NCBI GenBank assembly: GCA_964016885.1
Contig: OZ024742.1
Location: forward strand, 84,816,001-84,880,000
Direction: 5' to 3'
Length of the DNA stretch: 64,000 bases
Source of the DNA: Eledone cirrhosa
Lineage: Eukaryota
Part shown: positions 13,197 through 26,930 of the stretch, piece after piece
Layout: the number at the start of each line of letters is the position of its first letter
Numbering within the stretch: the stretch's first letter is position 1
The notes under the pieces: generated by a model
What the model saw: only the letters and a program-made list of their open reading frames with translations
What the model was told of the DNA's origin: nothing
Databases searched by the model: none
Translations under genes and position numbers: made by a program

Positions 13197-13347
13197 TCCT
13201 GTGTCAGTGTTGAACAAAAAGGTGACGTGGTTGCCTTAACACCGTACGGCATAAAATTCAGGCTGTTCAGTTTGTTTACAAACTTACAAAGCGGCGTTAT
13301 ATTAAGCGTCCGCTAAACTGACACGTGCATATATGTATGTGTACCTG

Positions 13348-13385
<38 letters not shown>

Positions 13386-13619
13386 TGCTACTGTACCTCT
13401 GTATACATATATGTATGTACGTATACACATACTTACATTTAAGTAAGTGCCGTACTAAGAGTGAGAAATGAAATTTCGTTTTCATTTTATTTCAACTTAT
13501 CGTTTTCGGTATGCCTGACCGACTTAACTCACTCGATATGTAAATTAGGCTGCTCAGCCGTTAATTTTCATAAGGAATGTATATACTTTCGAACGTTCAA
13601 CTATCTGGCAGAAGGGTAT

Positions 13620-13662
13620 ACGGTGCTGATGATAGCTAACAAGCTTGAAACTAGTACATCGT
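13620..13662 (+). ncRNA. Minimal type I hammerhead (array 1, inverted unit 6)
   Basis: acggtg-CTGATGA-tagctaacaagctt-GAAACTAGTA-catcgt, intact. Confidence 0.88.
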
Positions 13663-13813
13663 TCCTGTGTCAGTGTTGAACAAAAAGGTGACGTGGTTGC
13701 CTTAACACCGTACGGCATAAAATTCAGGCTGTTCAGTTTGTTTACAAACGAACAAAGCGGCGTTATAATAAGCGTCCGCTAAGCTGATATGTGCATATAT
13801 GTATGTGTACCTG

Positions 13814-13853
<40 letters not shown>

Positions 13854-13903
13854 TGCTACTGTACGTCTGTATACATATATGTATGTACGTATACACACAT
13901 ACT

Positions 13904-13995
<92 letters not shown>

Positions 13996-13997
<2 letters not shown>

Positions 13998-14908
13998 TGG
14001 TTAGACAACAGTTAGTTAACCATACCGAAAACAATTGCTTCACCTTAGCGGATCCTCAGCTCGTAATGGACTTGGTTATACCGAATAGGGAGGACCTCCG
14101 TACGAACACGCATACGCAGAAACGTTCAGTGGTTGATTTGGTCGGTTGGAAGTGACCACAGCTTCATAAACTACAGCGGATGTGTTGCATTGCTGTTGAA
14201 GGGGACAAGATTCGGGATTACGGCAAGAGCACACTGGTGGGGTGTTGCAACCACAAGAGGTCAAATCCTATGTCTGTATGGCGGAGGGCCGATTTAAGGA
14301 ACGCTTCCTGAACCACCAGTCGACCTTTAAGTACCCGGACAGACGTTCATCCACGAAACACGCGTGCCAATTATGGTCCCTCAAGGACTCAAGTATAGAC
14401 TACTCCATTCAATGATAAGCCATCACTAAGTCCAAGCCATACGCAAGGGGCAATCCGTCGTGTGGACTATGTATTGATGCACGAATAAATATTCTAAAGA
14501 GATTAGGGAATAGTGATTGCCTAAAGACGTGTAATGAATTATTCACACGTTGTCCACATCTCTGGAAACACCTCTTACATAACTACAAAGCTTCGGATTG
14601 AATTACAACAACATCCTAATGTTCTCATCAACTAGAAACTTTCGGACTTTCGCAGTTATCTGCCTTACACCTCTCGCACGCAATTTAGTATTGCCTGTGT
14701 GAACTGAACGTTTCTGCGTATGCACGTTCGTACGGTTTTCCGTCCTGTTCCGTATAACCATGTCCATTAGGAGCTGAGGATCTGCTAAGGTGAAACAATT
14801 GTTCTCGGTATGGTTAACTAACTGTTGTGTAACCACTTCTACCTAACTCGTCCCATGGACTGAGTGCTCTACCACTACGGATATTACCGTCCAGTGTTCT
14901 ACCATTAT
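13996..14908 (+). mobile_element. Truncated PLE (CxC linker + GIY-YIG) with inverted pseudo-LTR and an internal inversion
   Basis: 13996-14130 is the reverse complement of 14703-14837. 14131-14260 reads CSCRNPESCPLQQQCNTSAVVYEAVV on the minus strand. 14263-14600 continues on the plus strand as KSYVCMAEGRFKERFLNHQSTF...CGLCID...NELFTRCPH. Confidence 0.85.
14771..14806 (+). ncRNA. Minimal type I hammerhead in the PLE pseudo-LTR
   Basis: gag-CTGAGGA-tctgctaaggt-GAAA-CAATTG-TT-ctc. An inverted copy with a GAAG mutation lies at 14026-14063. Confidence 0.78.
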
Positions 14909-15012
14909 ATATATATATATATATATTCATACACACACACACCTATACACTTACGCACACACACACACATATATATATATATGTGTGTATAAACTGATAT
15001 ATATATGTATAA

Positions 15013-15062
<50 letters not shown>

Positions 15063-15411
15063 AGATTTATTACATAATCACACACAAGAAGAAACTGCTT
15101 AATAACAGAATTGAACGAACAATATTCTGCCGTCACCGAACTAAAACCCTTTTTTCCCACTACAAGCTGAATATTACGTAAACGAGGGACATCCTCCCAA
15201 CTATACAAATCCTCAATCTACTTAGAAAAATATAAAAACAATCACTTCTCAACATATATATCTACTATTAATAACCTTAAATTATCACACTAATAATAGA
15301 TAAATTTGCTGGTGAGAATAGGTGCGAATATGCTATAATGAATGTGTCTAAAAGCGACCATATGTATGTATATATGTCAAAATGTATATAAATAAGTAAA
15401 TAAGTGGGTGA

Positions 15412-15446
<35 letters not shown>

Positions 15447-15622
15447 ATGTGTATAATTAAATGTATGTATATTCATGTATATGTGTATTTATATATATAT
15501 ATATATATATATACAAATAGTCAGGAGTATGTATGTATATATGTGTGTGTCTATATGTGTGTACTTGAAGATAAGTAGAGTATGAAAGTGTATATACATG
15601 AATGCGTATGTGGGTACATATA

Positions 15623-15671
<49 letters not shown>

Positions 15672-16241
15672 ATATGTATGTAAGTATGAGCATGTAAGTA
15701 TGTGTATGTGAGTGTATGTATTTGTAGAGGTGTGCATATATGTATGTGTGTGAATGTGTATGTTTTTAAAAAAGAAAAGTATATATACACATATATCTAT
15801 GTGTAGGCGAACGGATACAGACACTTCAAAGAAAAATTGAAGTCTGTATGTTAATTAAGTGCAAACACAAAACCAACCATGCATATCTTTACTATCTCTA
15901 ATCCTTCTATAGATTTAGAAAAATAACCAACGCCAAATAATGTATTCTATAAAAATGTCAAAACAACAGATGTGAATATAATTACCCACTGCTAGCAAAC
16001 ATTTCTATCCAGTCCCTTAACTATTCTTCTAACTTCACTCCTCCCTCTTAATATTCTCTATAAAAACCAAACAGGTTCTCAATGAGATTATTCTGATGAA
16101 ATGATAGTTGAAAATAACATCGAAATATTGAGTGTCTGCATAATTAATACTTTGTAGATAGCAGCAGTTTTCAGGTTATATAACTGTTATTGAAACACGT
16201 ATCAATAAATTCCTTTTACTGAACTGTATCCATTTAAATCC

Positions 16242-16300
<59 letters not shown>

Positions 16301-16749
16301 CATGCATGCACACATATAACTTGCGCTCCCATATATATATATATATATATATATATACATTAGGTATAGGATTATCCTGTATGCAGTAATGATTAATTAA
16401 TACACTGGATAGAGTTGACGTACGGTGAGGGGTTACTCAACGAGCTATGGAAGAATAGTTGAAGAAACTCAGTTCCTAATCCTTCTGTATTCCGGAGTGT
16501 AGATAAAGAATGAATAATAACAGGTAGACATCATAAAAAGGTAATTTATTTTGTGTGCTTACAAATGTTTCTACGGTGGTTATACAGCCTAGTTATGCTA
16601 TGTGCAAATTTATAACTATTTGCAAAACTCAATTATCAAATCCTGTGACCACTGTATCCTCAGAGCAGAATGGTTAAAATGTAAAATGTAAATGCCCTCA
16701 AGTGAAGTTATTGGGGGAAGATAGAGTAGAAAAGGAAGAGAGAAAGAAG

Positions 16750-16753
16750 GAGA

Positions 16754-16832
<79 letters not shown>
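16750..16832. repeat. (AG)n microsatellite
   Basis: Directly visible. Confidence 0.95.
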
Positions 16833-16840
<8 letters not shown>

Positions 16841-16894
16841 GGGTTGGAGAAATGGGAGAGAGTGGTTTGTAGAATACAGATATCTTACAGATAT

Positions 16895-16935
<41 letters not shown>

Positions 16936-17242
16936 ATTGAGTGAGTGTGAAAGACCAAAGGTCATTATTGAAATACTCTAGATTTCGCAAAATACATAAT
17001 ATTTTTTTGATGGAACGGTAAGATATTTTTTGAAAATGTTATTTATTCGTAATGAAAATTAAATGATAGCCTTCTATATGTACGTGGCTCAAGGAAAGAG
17101 ATTTTTCCGGGCGGTATAATATAATTGAATATAAAATTGAGATAAACACAGATATATACATATGTGTGTTCAAATCGAATCTGGTCGCTTACGATCGGTA
17201 CACATATATGTGAATATCTGTCATTATCTCTCTCTTCAAAAA

Positions 17243-18510
17243 TAATATGGTCGGCTGCACAAAAAGGGTTTTATTTCAAGTATTAACAATTGTTTCATTG
17301 ATCAGGTGAGTCTAAAGACCGCTAATCACACGAAGATGCGTCACCCGACCTTAAATACATTGTTCACCTCTGATCAAATGATCGGAATACTAGAGGTTCT
17401 ACATATGACATTGGTATATATAGATACAACGGAGAATCAAAACAATAACATTAATAATAAATGATAATGATAAAGAGGTAAAGAAGTTACAGATGTAAAA
17501 AATAAGTAAAAATATATAAGTACAGAACACGATTGCTGATAATAGTGGTGGTAGTGAGTAAGTGTATGTATAAAGATGTGATGAGGGTAGAGATAATACT
17601 AACATGAACAGCAACATTAGATACATACATACGTGGTGGTTAAATCTCAGAGCGTTAGAAGTAGAGAATAAAAAATAATAAATTAAAAATTAAGTGAGAA
17701 TGGAAGAGATACGAGGATACGGAAGAGATACGAGACATAAGGGGTAGGGCTAAAGATGGGGAAGGAGAGTTTTGATATATGTGCGTGTGTGTGTTTGTGG
17801 TAAATGTTTAGCATGCTGATTGTCTTATCTTAATGGGGTTGATGTGGCTTTAGGGAGAGAGAGTGAAAGAAAGGTTAGGAGATTTATGATGTTGATCTAG
17901 TGACCAGTCAGTCAGTTGACAGCTAATAACAGTGTGGTGGTATGTATTCAGTACATTAAAATCCGGGTGGTTCAGCTCCAATTTTGAGAATGCTGGATCG
18001 AAACATGTTGGTTTGAAATTTGTGAACTTGGTAGCTGCTTTGTGCCTACAGAAAATTGATCGTTCTATTTTGCTGTTAAGCAGCACCTTATCATACTTTA
18101 ACGTACGGAACAGCTCCATATTGAAAAGTCCACAGTGGGATATTCCGTTGTTGTAGGCCCTTGCTCCCGATAATTTCTGGTTTGTGTCCTTAAACTGCCA
18201 GATTTATTTGGCCAGCGTTGTTGAGTTCTCTAGCCTACGGTTCTTCGTAGAGTGTCTGTGAACGTACCATCTTTTTTTGAATTCCCCAGCCGTGGAACCT
18301 ATGTAGTGCGATATTAAGTTGCCCGAATTTATATTACACAAGTACACCATACTTGATTCCAGGCATCTATTTTGTAGTGGGCACTTATCTGGCAGGTAGC
18401 AGTTACATTTGGCGGTCTTCCTGTGTGCAGGTTCTTTGTTGTAGTTTTGTATGTTGTTATGGATGGGGTGAAATTTTGGCTCATTGATGTTTTGTTGCGA
18501 TACACCCTGA
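17243..18510 (-). mobile_element. 5'-truncated PLE (CxC + GIY-YIG end, 3' UTR/pseudo-LTR with HHR)
   Basis: KCNCYLPDKCPLQNRCLESSMVYLC...YIGSTAGEFKKRWYVH...STTLAK, then CGLFNMELF...LLNSKIERSIFCRHK. A second copy lies at 29947-31091. Confidence 0.88.
17279..17391 (-). ncRNA. Hammerhead-like motif with long stem II (core CCGATCA, likely decayed)
   Basis: agtatt-CCGATCA-tttgatcag...ctgatcaat-GAAA-CAATTG-TT-aatact. Stem I is a perfect 6 bp helix. Confidence 0.65.
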
Positions 18511-18641
18511 TGTGTGTGTGGTTGTGATGTTGTTATGTGTGTGTATATATATATACACACACACACACGAACTACTGACCAGGTAATATTTGGTATAAAT
18601 GCTTTAAAGACATGTGTCAAATCAATTAGTGGTGAAGGTGG

Positions 18642-18708
<67 letters not shown>

Positions 18709-18717
18709 ATATATATA

Positions 18718-19060
18718 TTAGGATTGGTGCTCTGAAATACCGATATATATATATGAATGTATTTATAGGTATATACCGTATGTTTAATTAATAACATTTA
18801 AAAGACCATACGCTATCAGTTTTAAAGAAGTGACTATGTCACTTACATCTTTTCGGCGAAAAAAGGCAGTGATGCTGACAGTCTGTTTCACGCTGGTTGG
18901 CGTACATCAGTGCCACGTACTCCCCTGCTTTCACCGAAAATTACAGAAGCTGCATTCTTATAGATTTCCAGTAATAATCAGCAGCTGATTATACAGAGCG
19001 ATTGCCGGTCCAGCAAAAATGAGATATTAGGGTTGGTGATCTGAAATTGAGGTCTCAACG
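18718..19060 (-). mobile_element. Diverged copy of the ~315 bp hammerhead repeat family
   Basis: Shares 'ttggtgctctgaaata', 'ctgattatacagagcgattgccggtc' and an HHR (18874-18913: CTGATGT-acgc-caacca-gcgt-GAAA-CAGACTG-TC-agc) with the copies at 23.1, 51.1, 61.1 and 62.5 kb. Confidence 0.75.
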
Positions 19061-19757
19061 GCGACTGGTGGAATATAATGTTACACAGGCTTGTGTAGCA
19101 CTTAACACTTTTCATATATAGCCTCATAATAACCATGCAAAATTAACTCTTAGAACAGGTATTGTTATATCATTTTACATTCCCAATATTTCTATATATA
19201 TTTCGTTCGATATCGATTACTCCTCCCCTTCCAAATAAAAAAAAACATCAGTAAATTTTATTTGGCACATATAAGTTCTAGCTTCACACACTCACACTAT
19301 ATATAGTTAACTTTCCTCGTACCGTTTTCAGTAAATCGGTTTGTGGTTGTCAATTAGAGGATTATACTTAAAATTAGACGCCTTGCATAAAATACGTAAT
19401 ATTGATCTATCTTTTTTAGAAAATTGAATCAATGATCTTCATGAATTTTTTCTTGAAAATTTCTTTTCATTTTTTAAAAGGTCAAATATGTGATTATTCG
19501 TAACCTTCTCACTACATAATAATTTTACGTAGATTAATATCCATGATTAGATACAACATTTGATGTAATGCCCGTCTAAATCAATATAGTGAATATGAAA
19601 GTAATTTGTATTGCCAATAGATTAATAACGATACGGATTTAATAACTTTCAGTCATTAATGTTTTGAAAGAGCATATAGGGTGCTTGATCTATTGATTTC
19701 TAGTCATCTACATTTCGCTGATTCTGCCAATAATGAATGGTAGTAACTTCCTTAAGG

Positions 19758-19839
<82 letters not shown>

Positions 19840-21140
19840 CTATGTCTTCCACAAAATAACTTCCACTAGAACTAGAGTTTGGGATTCAGTTTCCGTTATA
19901 CTTAGCTATAGAGAGGCATTTGTATTGACTTGTAGATTCTAATATCTATACGATGTAAATGTATACGATATATAATTTGCTATATATAATTACTGTAAGT
20001 CTTCGCGCTCCTTCACTGTTTACCTTCCAGCGCAACTACTTCTTTCTCTATAACTATTGTACCATTCTCCATCACTACTTGCTGAATATGCTCACGAATT
20101 TCCGTCCTTTTTGTCTTTTTTCACATGATTTTGAAAAACAAATGCCATAATTACTGCTCCACTCTACATTTCACAAATTGCCTCTACTTTATGCTACCCT
20201 CTTTCTAGTCGTCAGATAATTTATAATTGTATGTGTGCTCGCTGTGATAACCTAGTCGAAAATCAGAATTGCATTCTAATTGTTTTATTCATGAATGCCT
20301 GCCTGATTAAAATTATTCCTGTGGTAATATGAGCGTCTAATCTTTCATTATACGAGTTGATATATGTTCTGTTGAGTCTTTGTTGCAACGCACATATATT
20401 GTTCCTATACGCGTACATACAAGCAAACAAATCATCAAATACGCATACACACACACATGATGTGTGTGTTTTTGCTTGTAGCTTTGTAGTTACATACCCT
20501 TTTTAAAAGCTGAATGTCACAGTAAGCTTAGATGCGCGATGTCTAAATAAAAAGCAGGAGACTAGACACGGCTAGAATTCTTTTAATCATAACTCTGCTT
20601 CGTAATAACAACGAAAATACCAAATCAATCATCTAGATCAATCATCTACGTGGTCTTTCGAGTCACTAGAATAGAAACAAGATCTGTTTTGTTATTTTCA
20701 AATTTGGTTGACAAGCTTCGTATTTGCTTTATGCAAAAGAAAACTCATGTTCGAAAGTAAAATTATTCTATTGATTGATATATCTAGGCATGTATTTTTA
20801 TTTTGTATTAAAATTATGCTCGACATAGCAGACAAAGTGTCCCACTTTAATCACACGTTATCGACATAAAAAAAGTGGTAACATTGAATAATAAATTAGT
20901 CTCAGTATTTAAATGAAATTATATCCATCATGAAATTCCAAAATATGAATGAGAATTATTATAATTGATTTTATTAATGTGAAATACAATCACTGCTGTA
21001 AATTGTGAAGTCAGGTTCTCGACCCCCGAGACATGCTCCCAGCTATGATTACAATAATTATAATAACTGGTGTTTCTAATTTAGGCATTAATTATATTAT
21101 TTCTTTAATATATACACCCTTAGTTTTGTCGAGTAATACG

Positions 21141-21225
<85 letters not shown>

Positions 21226-21899
21226 CGACGGGATAATTTTCACTCATCAGATTCAACTAGCCTAATGTAAAGGTAATTCACCTTCTAATGATGACGTCTC
21301 ACTGGGTGGATGACCAAATATCTTAAATATATCAATACATTAATAACAGTAACATTGTAACGTGTTTTACTCATACTTGATCATTTGTATCGGCAGAGCT
21401 ATTCTGTGAGAGAACGACATTAATGTTGTATATAGCAAAATAATCTTGAGTTTTGGTCAGATGCGATATATGTAGGCTTCTGCCGAACGAATATTCAACC
21501 CCGGATCAACAGCGGTAAATTAATAAGGTAGATGGAGTAATGGGTGATACTGTTTGTTTGCAAATAAACTGCTATAACCAGTAATGTAGCTACGACCTGG
21601 TGAGTAATGGCTGCCCCTAAAAAATCTTCGCGGGCCTGTGATAAGAGCCAAATTGATAACTGGTATGAATTATAGCAGCAAAACGCAGCAATATGGCCGA
21701 AAACAGTAAAGACATCCATATCACATTGACTTTTGCATGGAAAAACAAGAGATACGTTCTGACCTTGAGAAAATGTGCCTGTTCGACAAATATTTTGCAG
21801 TCTGTATTCAATGCTGCAAGAACTGGCGATGAGAGCTAGAACTGCTCTGGAAGACATGGAATGGAAGTACAAAAGTAACGTATTCCGAGACTCTGGATA

Positions 21900-22700
21900 G
21901 GGTTCAGAAGGGAGAAAACCTAGACAATCGGTACCTAGTACGTTACAAGCCTTACAGTCAAGGAGCAGGATCTAGTGGTGGAGGCCAGATGTTAGCGAAT
22001 ATATATAGTCGGGGTCTTCTCAATAAAGTTCCGTGGTTCTGGTACAGGAGATTTAGATGGAGGTTGAAAATCCCACTCTGGTGGGACAAAGACATGACTG
22101 CTATGGGGAGTGGTGATACTCATAATTTCCCGTCTGTCAGAATGTATCGTGGACTGGATTAAATTTCGAAGGATCTTTTAACCTATTGAAGGTTAAGCTG
22201 AAATGGTTCTGTGAGTGGTGCAAATTTCTGCCCCAAACATACCGTACATTAGATATAGTTAAGACAGCGTCGTGTATCCTAATGGTAGACTCCAATACAC
22301 ATGTTGTTGTAAACTACCTAACATGCAATGGTGTGAATGGAAGGAACAACAATCCCGATCTAAACACAATTAGAGGGGACTGAGACTGCTGTTGAAGAAA
22401 TTGGCTCTCTATTATCAACACCTTCCAGCAGAAATACACACGATATAAGGGGAAACGGGGACAGAGATCAATAATTAATCTAAACCCAAGAAAGCCCATA
22501 TAATATACAGATCCAACGCGACCTACGGGAAAAAGTTCGAAGCGTTGACATATCAGGAAGTCAGGAACAGGTTTGTGGATACTATTTAATTCAACTTTCA
22601 GAGAATACCTCGAGCAAACTAACGATGTTGAAACGGAAAGGTGACTGTTCAGCCCGGCAGTTATGTGCAGAAGCAATCAAATTAACATATCTGTATATGT
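21900..22700 (+). mobile_element. Very decayed PLE-like endonuclease-region remnant
   Basis: FCEWCKF...DSNTHVVVNYLTCNG...RNWLSIINTFQ resembles the PLE Cys-rich linker and GIY-YIG region. The frames are broken. Confidence 0.3.
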
Positions 22701-23106
22701 GTTTGTGTTTTATAATGCAGACGTACATGTGTTCATAATTATATGAGAAACATACAAACTCACGCTTCCACAAACATAAAGTCCGTATTAAATTTGTAAA
22801 TGAATTAAATACTGTTTTATTTGAGAAATGTTATCATACTGTCATTAAGCTATTAGCTGAAAGGAGTAACACAGCTATCGCCATCTTATATCTTGTTTTA
22901 AGATATATTTATTCCTTATCACTTTGAATTTCTTTCAAGTTTCATGTTGATTAAATGTGACAGGTAATTCATCAAATTAGATGCAATTTACCCCGTTTAC
23001 TCTTTAATGAAAATCTTTCTGATAACGTAAACCGAAGAACATCCTAATACTACGTATATATAAAAAAATTAACTGAAATTGATGATACTATTCAATAAAA
23101 ACAAAT

Positions 23107-23816
23107 ATATATATATGAATGTATATATAGTGTATTTTGCAATACACTGTATGCTTAATTAAAAGCATTTCGAAGACCTTACGCTATTGTTTTAGAGTAG
23201 TGACAGTCTCACTTATTTTAATTTTCAGCAAACAGGGGAGATAAAGCTGACATAGCTATGTTTCGTACTGATTGGTACTTATCAAAGCCAAGTACTCCAC
23301 CTGTTTGCTGAAAATCATGAATGTTTGATTCTTATAGAATTCTAGTAATAATCAGGAACTGATTATACAGAGCGGTTGCCGGTCAAGCAGAAATAAAACA
23401 TTAGAATTGGTGCTCTGAAATAGCGATATATATATGAATGTATATATAGTGTATTTTGCAATACACTGTATGCTTAATTAAAAGCATTTCGAAGACATTA
23501 CGCTATTGCTTTAGAGTAGTGACAGTCTCACTTACTTTAAATGTTCAGCAAACAGGGGAGATAAAGGTCAAACATTCATGATTTTCAGCAAACAGATGGA
23601 GTACTTTTCTTTGATAAGTACCAATCCGTACGAAACAGAGCTCTCTCAGCTTTATCTCCCCTGTTTGCTGAACATTTAAAGTAAGTGAGACTGTAACTAC
23701 TCTAAAACAATAGCGTAAGTTCTTCGAACTGCTTTTAATTAAGCATACAGTGTATTGCAAAATACACTATATATACATTCATATATATATCGCTATTTCA
23801 GAGCACCAATTCTAAT
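23107..23816. mobile_element. ~320 bp hammerhead repeat family: about 1.4 tandem units plus an inverted copy
   Basis: The unit start recurs at ~23111 and ~23430, and 23570-23816 is in reverse orientation. HHRs at 23245-23288 (-) and 23607-23652 (+) both have a TTGATAA core. Confidence 0.85.
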
Positions 23817-24589
23817 ATATATATATATTTTTTTTTTCTTGCGGCGTATTAAAACCACAGTTCATTCAAATGTCTTAATCGTTGGTAGAGGAAATATAAC
23901 ATTATCAACTCTAAACTTTCTCATACTGAAATAGTAGGAATTAATAACATTTTAATCCAATTTTATGTTACACGAGTGAAATGCAGAATCCTGGTGTTTA
24001 TTTCCCATTTCTCTTTTCATCTGTAAATTTAATTATATCTTAGCCGACTTGAATGGACATTATTCGATCAATTGTGGGGAAAAAAAATATTAAAACACTT
24101 TTTATTAGAAAGATGTAGAACAATCGATTGGTCAAATGTATAAGGAAAAATATATAAATCAACATAAAAAAATAATGGTGATTTATGACATTCGTTTATA
24201 TGATTATTAATCACACTGCTATACTAAACTAGGGTCAAGCGGGTGAGAGATTGTTTTCTTTAATTGGACTTTCGCATTAGTTTATATTTTAGTATAAATA
24301 TTCTGTTTCATCAGATATGTCGTTTATATTGAGTTAGCGGAGGGGATCCGATTTAAATACGTTTGTCAAGAAAGGTGAGAGTTAAATGTTACGAAGACTA
24401 TTTATGCATGCATTTTTGGTGAATGTTAATAATCCATTCAATCGAGGCTCGCATTGATCATCATACGTAACAATGTGAATATGTTTACCTTTATTTCATT
24501 ATCTTTATTTATCTAAGATCTACAGTCGCTTTCTTAGTTATTGTCATGTTATTACAAAAACAACTTTCTATTAATGTGGTGGAATGACA

Positions 24590-25150
24590 GTGTCGATAGG
24601 GCTTCAGGTACCATGCTCCTCGGCATGATGTTACGGTCTTTTGCGTCGGACTTGCCCAGAGTAATCCTCAATAAAAGTCGAGAGTGGAAGTTTCATTGAC
24701 CGCATTGTCCACCTGGCTGAGAGCTGTGAGCGCCTGGTAATACTCCAGAGGCCAGGCGCCCAGTCTCGGTCTCTTCTTGATCTAGGACAGCAGCTTAGTC
24801 AAAGAGAGGAGCTGCAGAAAGGCCTGTCTCACAAACGGTGACCACACCTGTTCACTCTTTAGGCAGAATATATGGAGATGCCGTGGCCTCAGCGCATGCA
24901 TCAGACGCTATATCCTCCGACGCCTTCGTGGAGAGGGGGCTCGCAGCAGATGGACAACCTAACTAGCTACATTTGTCCCCTATCTAAACATTTGAAGAGG
25001 AGCCGAACTGGAGCAAGGCACGACGGTCAGGCGGTAGTAGAAGACCGACGCGATGTAAGCCTTCGCCACCTTTGCCCAACCATTCAATGACAACTTCCTC
25101 TAGAGCAATTTCTGGGACAGCGTGGCTACCCTGATCATAACCTCGTCCAA
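24590..25150 (-). mobile_element. Tx1/L1-type LINE fragment (same family as 870-1885)
   Basis: 'ggaagtttca.tgacc.cattg.cc.cctgg', 'tctcttcttga.ctag' and 'agtcaaagag' are shared with 1680-1870. GC-richer, coding-like sequence. Confidence 0.7.
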
Positions 25151-25875
25151 ATTCTAAATAGTAAGAAAGTGAAATTTAATCCAAAGTAGAATGTGAATGT
25201 AAAACGTGTAGTATAAGGAAGTTGAGAAAAACGACCGAACAGCACTGTTTCCTGGTGCCTTGTTTTAGTCAGAAAAGAATATATAAAATAGACTCAAATC
25301 CCCAATGATTCTTACAGCGGACGCAATGGCAGATTATTCAAAGAAAATGTCTGGTTTCTGTGACCATTTATCCTTTAATTGACTTTGATTAAAATAATTC
25401 TAACCGAATACGTTCAAATTCCATCTCCAGTGAGTGCTCTTTCTAGTTTAATATGACATTTAATATGACATTTTCTTTTCTGCTTTACGAAGGTAGACAG
25501 ACAGCGTTGACGTGTGCCTTGTTGGTTCGCTTTAAGCATCATGCAGCATAAAATCACTCCAGTCCAAAATGACGAGAAAATTATAGTTGATTATTTACTT
25601 TATCATTTGAAACAGTCGCTGATAAATTTGACTTCCTACATAATTATGTAAATCAATATATCTTCATTGCGTTGAATATAGGAACAAAGCATTATATTCG
25701 CTGGGCAAAGAATGGAATATAATTGATTGAATAATATCATATCACGTGTTAACATCTTTTTACTGGCACAGATTTTATCTCCCTGACAAACATGTAGTAA
25801 ATATACCACGCCTCAAAAAATATGAAATGAAAATATATACAATTTCAAAAACTTCTTATAACATTACTATCTTAA

Positions 25876-26041
25876 ATAATTGTTTCTACTTTTGGCACAA
25901 GGCCAGCACTGGTGTTTTATTTTATCGACCCCGTAAGGATGAAAGGCAAAGTTAACCTCGGTGGGATTCGAACTCAGAATGGCAAGGGCAGTAACTCTAT
26001 GCGCCAAAGCATAGCGTCCGACCCTCTACCGATACTGCCAA
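25876..26041 (-). mobile_element. tRNA-derived SINE
   Basis: Reverse complement of the A box (tggcagtatcgg), B box (gagttcgaatccc), Nin/Deu-like core and tail. Confidence 0.88.
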
Positions 26042-26767
26042 GTATATCTATGGAATTTCAAATAAACAAATAAACAAGCGTCATCTACCAGAAGGGTAAA
26101 CATTGATTAAAAAGGAAAGATATTGAAAGAATGTTACCATGATATAGCCAATAAAATTCAAAATCATGAACCCACCCAATGATTTAAGAATACTGAAAAG
26201 AATGTATGCCAAGTTTAAATAAATGAAATAGAATTGTATCGCAGAATACAGACGTAGAGAAAAAACATAGTATTTAAAAAAAGAGTATTTAAAATAAGTG
26301 AAAGTAAATAATTGTATTGTCTCACCAGTAATGCCATATAGATCAAATTAATTGTAATTAAAAATAAATATATTGAGAGATTTTGCTGCAGTATAGATAT
26401 AGATCACAATACGAAGGTTTATATCTAATGAATGAATATAATGATTGATTTTTAAGTCAGCATGCCATCAGATATATTTCTTATGATCGAAACTACGACA
26501 GAGAAAACAGTATCCAGCATGTGTATAAATAAGAAAAATCGAAAATATCAGTTCAGGGAAACGGAAAGAAAAGAAACATCTTAACCATAGCTAAATCAGC
26601 AAACACAATGAACAAAATTCAAACGAAATAGTAGAAAAAGCAAATTCTATCTCAAAACAGCATTAAACTGGTTGTAACAGCAAAACATTATATAGAAAGT
26701 AAACATTAAGGCTGAACACATTTTAACTGTAACAAGAGAGTAGATTTAGCCTGTGATTACCAACTGG

Positions 26768-26930
26768 AAATGGCTTCTACAGGACTAGAACTGTTTGATT
26801 CAGGATTTTCCTGATGATTTCCTCCGAATGAAACAGTTCTAGTCCTGTAGAAGCCATTTTCTATATTGAATATTTATACTCTGATATGTATTGAGTACCT
26901 TACCTATTGTGGTTACCCCTGATAGAACCC

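Larger units (their letters stand above)
10796..13907. repeat. Tandem array of ~470-500 bp hammerhead-containing monomers (retrozyme-like) with a central inversion
   Basis: About 4 units in one orientation (10796-12850) and about 2 in the opposite orientation (12915-13907), joined at an (AT)n tract. Each unit has an internal variable (TA)n and one HHR, and none has a credible ORF. Confidence 0.92.

Noticed and set aside
11077-13679. Repeated 72-aa ORF 'MRNEISFS...' in the array monomers
   Set aside because: It starts at GTG, has no recognisable domain, is repeated only because the units are near-identical, and is not reported for the sister array at 55-58 kb.
10796-13907. CRISPR-like reading of the arrays (constant blocks with variable gaps)
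   Set aside because: The variable parts are only (TA)n length changes, not unique spacers. The context is eukaryotic and there are no cas genes.
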